Below, one piece after another: positions 57,002 through 64,000 of a stretch of 64,000 nucleotides of DNA; positions within the stretch are counted from its first letter, which is position 1, and the number at the start of each line of letters is the position of its first letter. The stretch comes from an uncultured Acidobacteriota bacterium (GTDB lineage: Bacteria; Acidobacteriota; Vicinamibacteria; Vicinamibacterales; UBA2999), in assembly GCA_963814955.1 (NCBI GenBank), contig CAWFEX010000016.1, forward strand, positions 4,105-68,104, given 5' to 3'. The notes below the pieces were generated by a model. That model ran no database searches. It saw only the letters and a program-made list of their open reading frames with translations, and was not told the DNA's origin. The translations under genes and the position numbers were made by a program.

Positions 57002-59913
57002 TTAGAAACTGAGCCTGAACCCGAACTGCATCGTCCGGTACTCACCCGGCCGTGGCCCTCAGGAAGTTAGCCGGCTGACTTTCCGTCGTGCCGAGCGTGT
57101 AGTTCGTCCGGTTGAACAGGTTGAAGACTTCAGCAATGCCGACGATGGACATTCTCCCCGGCAGCGGAATGCGCTGCCGCAGGCTCAGAGAGGTCCGATT
57201 TTCTGTCGGACCGAGCTCCGCGTTGCGCGGCACGATCGTCCCATCCGGTCGCAGACGAGCGCTGCCGCCGCCGAAGGAGCGCACATCGCCCCCGTAGCTG
57301 GTGGCCAGCCGGTTTCCGGCGCTGAAGTAGTGCAGGCCGCTCACCTGGAAGCCGAAGCCGACCTGCCAGATGCCGCTGACCACCAGGCGATGACGCCGGT
57401 CGTCCTGCGACAGTCCCCATTCGCCGCCGAGATCCGGCTGGGTCTCGAAGGGCACAGGTGTCAGGCCGGTGAACGGGTACGAGTCCTGGTTCCAGAGTCC
57501 TGACAGCGTGTAGGTGGCCGACGCCTGCCAGTTGTTGCTCATCCGCTTGGTGAACGCGGTCTGGAGTCCATGGTAGGCGCACTCGCCGGTATGAACGCTC
57601 ATCGACGCGTTGCCCCAGCGAGGATCGACTCTTCGCAGGCGATCGGTGGCGGCGATAGTTGGCGCCCGTGGCCGGGTTGAATGTCAGGTTGACGTTGTCG
57701 ATGACGTCCTTTTCATCGCGTCCCTGCGTGTACACGTAGTCGGCCTCGACGGCCATCGTGCCGCCAAACTGCCGCTGCACGCCGATCGTCGTCTGCCACG
57801 TCCTCGGTACATGAACGAAGTCGAACGGTCCGCGGAACTCCTGGAGCGCCCGCGTCAGACAGGGCGCGGCGCCGGTGAAGCCGCGAGCCTGCCATGCGGC
57901 GAAGTTGGCAGCCTGTGCGGGCGAGTCACAGAACGTGGTCAGCGCCTGATCGTAGGTCGGCAGACCTTGTCCGTTCGTCGGGTCGAGCGCGAAGTTGGCA
58001 CGGCCGTCGTTCGCGTATTCGATGTTGGCGATTTGCGCGTTGCCGGTGGCGAACGAGAAATCCGCGCCGATCGCGTCGCCATAGTACAACCCCGAGCCGC
58101 CGCGGATGACCGTACGATCGGTCAGTTGATACGCGAACCCGACCCTGGGCTGGAAGTTATTGAGATCCTCGGGCATTCCTGCCGACTGCCACGGCGCCAC
58201 TTCGACGTCGTTGGCAAAGGCGTGCAGCGAGGCGTCCCATCTGAGGCCGAGATTCAATGTCAGCCGGTTCGAGATTCTCCAGTCGTCCTGCGCCCACGCG
58301 CCAGCTTTGTACGAATCCAGCAGGACGTTGAAGTCGCCGACGCCGATGGTGTACGTCCGGACGAGCGGAGAGATCGCCGCGAAGTTCCAGGTGTCGGCGT
58401 TGAACGGGTCGGGAAACCACGCCGTCAGCTGCGCGGCCGTAGGCAGCGGGCCTCCCCGGGCGTCGACGATGCCCATGCAGTTCCGGCAGTTCGCCTGAAT
58501 CTGATGGCGCTTCAGGTACTCGCCGCCGGCGCGCAGGTCGTGACGGCCGTGCGCTTCATACGAGAAGGTGAAGTCGTCGCGGAAGGTCCAGACCGTCTGG
58601 TCCTGGTGACGGGGATGATTCGCGTTGCCCGTGACGTTGAATCCGGTGAACGAGATACGCGGCGACCCCGTGGTGACGCCGTTTGCCCTCTGCCAGTGGT
58701 TCGACCAATTCGTCAGATTGCCGTTGGCCAGGTTGAAGAACGCATAACCGACCTTCGCCTCGTTCACCGCACGATTCGAGATCACGTGCGTCAGCTGACC
58801 GATGCCTTCGTTGTTGTGCTCGGCTGTCGTATTCGTCGCCGCGGGGCTGTTGTTCGCCGCACCCAAGCCGAACGGCTCAAAGAATCGTCCCCAGGTGCCT
58901 TTGCCCATGAGCCGGATCGCGTTCGAGATCTGGTAGTCGCCGCGTACGTTGCTCAGCTTGATGGTCCTGTCGCCGTGCAATTCGACGTTGAAGACCGGGT
59001 ACGGCGTGTTCCAGACGCTGCTGCGCGGCTCGCGCTCGTATTCGAAGTTGCCGAAATAGTGCAGCTTGTCTCTGACAATCGGTCCCCCGGCGGCGGCACT
59101 GAACTGCTGATTGTTGATGGGGAGGACTCGCTGGAGGACCGGCTCCTCTGCGTTGAACCGGTTGTGGCGGAAGTTCGTGCGGAACAGCCCCGAAAGCTGG
59201 TTCGTGCCGGACTTCGTGATCACGTTGACCTGTACGCCAGACGTTCGCCCCTGAGTCGCGTCGAAGCGGTTCGTCAGGTACTGGAACTCGGCGATCGCGT
59301 CCTGGCTGTAGCGCGGCTGGTTGCCGGTGCCGATTTCATTCGACACCTGCTGTCCGTCCATATTGAGCTGGAACTCACGCGCCTCACCGCCGTTCCGGTC
59401 GGGTAGGGGCGTAACCGCATTGGCGGAGCTCGTGCGGCTCCCCGGTGCCAGCATCGCCAGCGCCAGCCAGTTCCTTCCGTTCGCCGGAAGCTCCTGCACC
59501 TGCGTTGGATCGATGTTGCCCCCGAGGCTCGACGTCGTCACGTTGAGCAGCGGCGCTTCAGCCGTGACGGTGACGGTCTCCTGCACCGTCGATGGCTTCA
59601 TCTGTGCGTTGACTGACGCCGTCTGTCCCACGAGCACCTGCACGCCGGTCTGCGTCACCGTGGTGAAGCCTGCGAGTTCCACTGTGATGCGGTAGGCGCC
59701 AACACGCACCGGGATGCGGTAGATACCCAGGTCATCGGTCACGGCCGTGAAGGTGTTGCCAGTTGCGTCGTTTACGGCGGTCACGGTGACGCCGGGCAGC
59801 ACGCCCCCCGTCGCGTCGGTAACAGTACCGGTCAGCGTCGCTTCTTGTGCGAAAGCGATCGCTGGAAGGGTCAGAAACACGCCGACGATCAGAAACCGCC
59901 CTACCAAATTCAT
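57002..59913 (-). pseudogene. TonB-dependent receptor with CarboxypepD_reg domain (paralog 2); two frame breaks as sequenced
   Basis: ATG 59913. About 75-80% aa identity by eye to paralog 1 over the N-terminal ~750 aa. After ..NPATGANY the sequence continues in ORF 57042-57602 (shift near 57654). The final EYRTMQFGFRLSF-stop (TAA 57002-57004) is in a third frame (shift near 57045). Confidence 0.8.
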
Positions 59914-60112
59914 CGAGCCTCCTCCTTGGGACGATCGTGCACGCGGCCTGACGTGCGTTCTTGAAAATGTGTGAAAGAACCGAGGGTTCCGCGCCGGAAG
60001 GTAACAGTACCGGCGTCGAACCGTCAATGGCACAGCTGCCGTATGTGGTTTTGTGCGGCGGTTGCCGGGTGACTACGAGCAGCCACCCGGCGCGAGTGTG
60101 TAAGGCGTCGGC

Positions 60113-61186
60113 CTATGAGGCAGTGATTCGCAGCAGCCTGGTCAGATTTCCACCGAGAATGGCTTCCTTGTCGGCGTTGCTCAACCAGCTCGCGTTAAGC
60201 ACGAGGTCGACGGTGACAGGCCAATTCAGTGGGTTGTCGGTGCCGTAGACGATCTGACTGGCGCCAACCTCATTGACCAGATGACGCAGTCCTTCGTCCG
60301 ACAGCACCATCGTGTCGACGATGATCTGGGACCGCAGGTACTCCTTCGGGCGTTTCTTGTTGGCGCAGTTCGCGTTGTTACGAACTTCGCAGGCGACGTC
60401 GGTGCGCATCAGATACGAAGGCAGGTAGCCGCCGCCGTGTGCGGCTGCGACGCGCAGGTTCGGGAACTTGTCGAACGTCCCGTCGAAAATCAACCGCGAC
60501 AGGAAGTAGGTGGTCTCGAGAGGGTTGCCAATGATGTTGCCGAGGTCGCCGCGGCCCCGGAACGCCATATCCCTGACGATGTTCTCGGCGCCGCCAGGGT
60601 GCATGAAGGGCACGACGCCGAGCTCGGCAGCCTTGGCCCAGAACGGATCGAACTTCGGCAGCGATAGATCTTCGCCATTGACATGACCGCCGATGGCCGC
60701 GGCGCGGAGGCCCAGACGTTTCACGCCGTCCTCGAGCTGCTGCGCCGCGAGATCCGGGAACTGAAGTGAGCTCGATGCCATCGCCACGAAGCGATCGGGA
60801 TACTGCGCGACGAACTTCGCCAACCCTTCGTTCTGGGCCCTGACGATCCGGTTGGCGAGGTCTCGATCCTTGACCTCGTACCACCAGAAGCCGTTGATGC
60901 TGAGCACCTGCATGTCGATGCCCTGCTTGTCGATCAAGGCGATCCGATCCGGACCGAGTGGGCGGCCGCCGCCTTGCTTGGCCCACTCAGTGCCCTGAAC
61001 GACCGGATCAACCTCAGGGACGGTCGCATGGGCGTGAATATCGATCACCCGCACGCGCTTTCCAGCGACGCTGATCTGTCGTCGTGCGGGCGGCGCCTGA
61101 CGAGCGTCAACATCGCCGCGACCGAACGCGTAGATCCCCGCCGCAGTGCCTGCGACGGTCTTGAAGAAATGCCTGCGACTGGACAT
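60113..61186 (-). CDS. Tat-signal amidohydrolase_2 (ACMSD/LigW-like) family protein (paralog 1)
   Basis: ATG 61186. MSSRRHFFKTVAGTAAGIYAFG (twin-arginine motif), IDIHAH metal motif. Intact to LLRITAS-stop. Confidence 0.8.
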   Translation of the reverse strand: MSSRRHFFKTVAGTAAGIYAFGRGDVDARQAPPARRQISVAGKRVRVIDIHAHATVPEVDPVVQGTEWAKQGGGRPLGPDRIALIDKQGIDMQVLSINGFWWYEVKDRDLANRIVRAQNEGLAKFVAQYPDRFVAMASSSLQFPDLAAQQLEDGVKRLGLRAAAIGGHVNGEDLSLPKFDPFWAKAAELGVVPFMHPGGAENIVRDMAFRGRGDLGNIIGNPLETTYFLSRLIFDGTFDKFPNLRVAAAHGGGYLPSYLMRTDVACEVRNNANCANKKRPKEYLRSQIIVDTMVLSDEGLRHLVNEVGASQIVYGTDNPLNWPVTVDLVLNASWLSNADKEAILGGNLTRLLRITAS

Positions 61187-61204
61187 TGTTATTCTCTCCT
61201 TCGC

Positions 61205-61273
61205 GCGGAGACTGAGCCTCCGCCTACCCAGCGGGCCCTCTCGCATGGTAGCCGGAAGCCTTCAGGCTTCCGG
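61205..61273. repeat. REP doublet in inverted orientation
   Basis: GCGGAG-actgagc-CTCCGC 61205-61223 plus CTAC 61224-61227; GTAG 61248-61251 plus CCGGAAGCC-TTCA-GGCTTCCGG 61252-61273. Confidence 0.8.
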
Positions 61274-61279
61274 TCGGGC

Positions 61280-62350
61280 TCACGACGTAATCCGCAACAA
61301 CTTCATGAGATTCCCGCCAAGAATCTGTTCCTTCTCGGTGTTGCTGAGGGTCGAATGATTGATGACGTAGTCGACGTTGACGGGCCACCCAAACGGGATG
61401 TCCGTGCCGAAGACGACCTGGCCGGCACCCATCTCCGCGACCAGATGCCGCAGTCCGTCCTCGGTGAACACCATCGTGTCGGCAAGAATCTGCGACCGCA
61501 TGTAGTCGCTCGGCTTCTTCTTGATGATGCAGTTCTGGTTCGGCCCGCTGACACGCCACTTCGGTACGTCCTAGGTAGGACGGCAGATAACCGCCGCCAT
61601 GCGCACCGCACACCTTCAATGCAGGGAACTTGTCGAACGTTCCGTCGAAGATCAGCCGCGACAGAAACACCGTCGTCTCGAGTGGATTGCCGACGATATT
61701 TCCGAGTCCGCCGCGTCCGGCCAGCGCGCCCTCCTTGAGCAGGTTTCCCGAGCCGTTCGGGTGCATGAAAACGAGCTGGCCCATTTCGGCGGCCTTGGCC
61801 CAGAAGGGATCGAATTTCGGCAATGAAAGGCTCTCGCCGTTGACGTGGCCGCCGACCGTGACGCCGCGTGCCCCGAACTTCGTCACCGCCTCCTGCAGCA
61901 TCTCGGCGGCGAGATCCGGAAACTGAAGCGGCACCGACGCCATGCCGACGATCCTGTCGGGGTGCATGCGGTTCCACTTCGCCAGCGTCTCGTTGTGCAC
62001 GTTGCAGATGGCGCGCGCCAGGCCGCGATCTTTCGCTTCCCACCACCAGAAGTCGTTGACGCTCACGGCGGCGATGTCGATCCCCATCTTGTCGAGGATC
62101 GCGATCCGATCGTCGAGGCCCGGCCCCTTGGCTCGCTCCTCGAACGGCGTGCCCTTGACGACGTCCATCGGCAGCGGCATGTCCCAGTGGTTGTGCACGT
62201 CGATGACGCGCACGCGGCGGCCGCCGATGTTCAGCTGTCGACGGGCAGGCGGGGTCTGAGTCGCCGCCGCGGCGGTGAACCCGCGGCCAGCGAGTACATG
62301 CCCGCGGTCGCGCCCGCGATGGTCTTGCAGAAATGTCTGCGACTCGCCAT
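61280..62350 (-). pseudogene. Tat-signal amidohydrolase_2 family protein (paralog 2); two compensating frame breaks as sequenced
   Basis: ATG 62350 gives MASRRHFCKTIAGATAGMYSLA, then a shift near 62289 into the ORF 61224-62420 frame (GRGFTAAAATQTPPARRQLNIGGRRVRVIDVHNH..). A shift near 61548-61556 leads into ORF 61280-61501 (..NQNCIIKKKPSDYMRSQILADTMVF..LLRITS-stop). Total length is 1071 nt, a multiple of 3. Confidence 0.8.
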
Positions 62351-62420
62351 TCGCCTTCGTCCGCCTGAAGGCTGGACACGACGTACATAGCCTCCGTACG
62401 TAGTTCCGCCTTTCCGGCAC

Positions 62421-63488
62421 TTACGAGGTAATCCGCAGCAGCTTCGTCAGGTTGCCGCTGAGGATCTGTTCCTTTTCCGCGTCGTTGAGAAACTTCGCGT
62501 TGAGCACGAGATCGACGGTGACCGGCCAGTTGAACGGGTTATCCGTTCCGTAGACCACCTGGCTGACGCCACACTCGGACACGAGGTGCCGGAGTCCTTC
62601 GTCGGAAAAGACCATCGTGTCGACGAGGATCTGCGATCGCAGATATTCCTTCGGCCGTTTCTTGTTGGCGCAGTTGGCGTTGTTGCGCACGTCGCAGGCC
62701 ACTTCGGTCCGCATGAAGTACGACGGCAGATAGCCGCCGGCGTGCGCGCCGCAGACGCGCAGCCGCGGATGACGATCGAAGACGCCGTCGAAGATCAGGC
62801 GCGACAGGAAGTAGGTCGTCTCGAGCGGGTTCCCCAGGATGTTCCCCAACTCGCCCCGTCCCCGCAGGGCTCCTTCGCGGATGATGTTGTCGGCGCCACC
62901 GGGGTGCATGAACACCAGCTCGCCCATCTCGGCGGCCTTGCCCCAGAACGGGTCGAACTTCGGCAGCGAGAGATCTTCGCCGTTCACGTGCCCGCCGAGC
63001 GTCACGCCGCGCGCGCCGAGCCGCGTCACCGCGTCCTGCAGAACCTCAGCGGCGAGGTCTGGAAACTGAAGCGGCACGGACGCCATCGCCACGAAGCGAT
63101 CGGGATACTTCTTCACCCACTGGGCCAGCGCTTCGTTCTGCGCGTTGCAGATGGCGCGGGCCAGCCCGCGGTCCTTGGCCTCGTACCACCAGAACCCGTT
63201 GATGCTCAGCGCCTGGTAATCGAGACCTTGCTTGTCCATCGCCGCAATACGCTGCTCGAGGCCGGGATTGCCTCCAGCCTGTTTCTCGAACGGTGTCCCT
63301 TTGACCACGTCGCCAAGCGGCATGTCCGTATGTGCGTGCACGTCGACGACGCGAATGCGCTTGCCGCCGATGGATATCTGGCGTCGCGCGGGCGCCTGTG
63401 CGATCGGCGTGGCGCTTCCGTGCCCCACGGCGTATGCGCCGGCGGTGGCGACGGCGACTTTCTTGAAGAATTCTCTGCGGTTGGACAT
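62421..63488 (-). CDS. Tat-signal amidohydrolase_2 family protein (paralog 3)
   Basis: ATG 63488. MSNRREFFKKVAVATAGAYAVG, VDVHAH. Intact to LLRITS-stop. Confidence 0.8.
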   Translation of the reverse strand: MSNRREFFKKVAVATAGAYAVGHGSATPIAQAPARRQISIGGKRIRVVDVHAHTDMPLGDVVKGTPFEKQAGGNPGLEQRIAAMDKQGLDYQALSINGFWWYEAKDRGLARAICNAQNEALAQWVKKYPDRFVAMASVPLQFPDLAAEVLQDAVTRLGARGVTLGGHVNGEDLSLPKFDPFWGKAAEMGELVFMHPGGADNIIREGALRGRGELGNILGNPLETTYFLSRLIFDGVFDRHPRLRVCGAHAGGYLPSYFMRTEVACDVRNNANCANKKRPKEYLRSQILVDTMVFSDEGLRHLVSECGVSQVVYGTDNPFNWPVTVDLVLNAKFLNDAEKEQILSGNLTKLLRITS

Positions 63489-63500
63489 AAGTGCACTCCT

Positions 63501-63528
63501 GGTATACGCGGTGAGCGAACTGTATACC
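63501..63528. promoter_or_regulatory. candidate operator palindrome upstream of amidohydrolase paralog 3
   Basis: GGTATAC-N14-GTATACC perfect 7-bp arms. On the minus strand it is followed by AGGAG and the ATG at 63488. Confidence 0.3.
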
Positions 63529-63603
63529 CGTTTGGGAGGTGATTCAATCGGTCCGGCGTCGTGTTCTGGCTCTTGCTCCGGCGCCAAAGCCTAGCCGACG
63601 GAA

Positions 63604-63646
63604 CGTGAAGCCAGCGTGAAGGGGACGAGCCGTGAAGGGGACGAGC
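63604..63646. repeat. tandem 16-mer CGTGAAGGGGACGAGC x2 preceded by a partial CGTGAAG unit
   Basis: cgtgaagccag (63604-63614), then cgtgaaggggacgagc at 63615-63630 and 63631-63646, in the divergent intergenic region. Confidence 0.85.
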
Positions 63647-63733
63647 CGTTCGGAAACGAACATGCCACGGTTGCCAGTAGAATGTGTCGGGATACGGGTC
63701 CCTCGGACCAACACTATGGAGAAGGACACGCAT

Positions 63734-64000
63734 ATGAAGCTGTTCAGGATGATGCCGGTGATGCTCGTGGTGCTCGCGGCCCTCGCGTCTGATGCGGCAG
63801 GGCAGAGCGCCGCCGCCAGGGCTACTCCGCCGTCGACCATCCCGACCGTTTCGCTCACGAACGTGGCGCGTCACGGCTTCTGGTATGCCGGCGGGAAATA
63901 TGTCGGCGAGCTCGGCGAGGAAAAAGAATCCACGATGGGCGGCGCCATGTACGTCGAGGTGATGGTGCCGAAGCAGATCCGATCGCCGTATCCGATCGTG
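63734..64000 (+). CDS. exported alpha/beta hydrolase-like protein, 5' part only (runs off window)
   Basis: Not in the ORF track (no stop within the window). ATG 63734 gives MKLFRMMPVMLVVLAALASDAAGQ (signal) ..GFWYAGGKYVGELGEEKESTMGGAMYVEVMVPKQIRSPYPIV, open to the window end. The functional call is tentative. Confidence 0.55.
   Translation, partial: MKLFRMMPVMLVVLAALASDAAGQSAAARATPPSTIPTVSLTNVARHGFWYAGGKYVGELGEEKESTMGGAMYVEVMVPKQIRSPYPIV

Overview
GC-rich (roughly two-thirds G+C by eye) bacterial chromosomal segment. The gene content looks Acidobacteriota-like: CarboxypepD_reg-type TonB-dependent receptors, a PF07638/TIGR02999-type ECF sigma factor coupled to a Ser/Thr kinase, and many exported hydrolases. 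This taxonomic call is inference only. I support about 45 protein-coding loci, mostly on the minus strand. I found no rRNA, tRNA or CRISPR array.

Gene content:
- Housekeeping and stress genes: mdh, dps, a BON+SRPBCC protein, and a split UxaA-type dehydratase.
- Three paralogous 7-bladed FG-GAP/integrin-like propeller proteins.
- A SulP transporter.
- An ECF sigma / Ser-Thr kinase-TolB propeller pair.
- A BrnT/BrnA toxin-antitoxin cassette.
- A convergent histidine kinase / OmpR-type regulator pair.
- Several c-type cytochromes and two DUF6152 genes.
- One IS481-family element with 60-bp inverted repeats and a CTAG target duplication.
- A 12-kb co-directional cluster: 3 Tat-signal amidohydrolase_2 paralogs, 2 TonB-dependent receptor paralogs, an LVIVD propeller and an MBL hydrolase.

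Three layers of structure are not explained by genes:
1. A GTAG-flanked REP-like hairpin family sits in many intergenic regions.
2. Recurrent 7/8/14/16-nt tandem microsatellites occur at gene boundaries (AAGGTCA, CTACCAA, TGATTGG and others). One 14-mer family also occurs as an in-frame insertion inside the kinase gene.
3. Single-base reading-frame breaks are strongly clustered. Two zones are extreme (38.3-40.5 kb and 47.8-51.3 kb), while 25.4-38.2 kb is clean.

Many breaks lie in short homopolymers and one hits mdh. Consensus error is therefore a serious alternative to true pseudogenisation. I label such loci pseudogene 'as sequenced'.

I did not find a clear-cut novel defence or mobile system. 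The most unusual items are the repeat families and the indel clustering.
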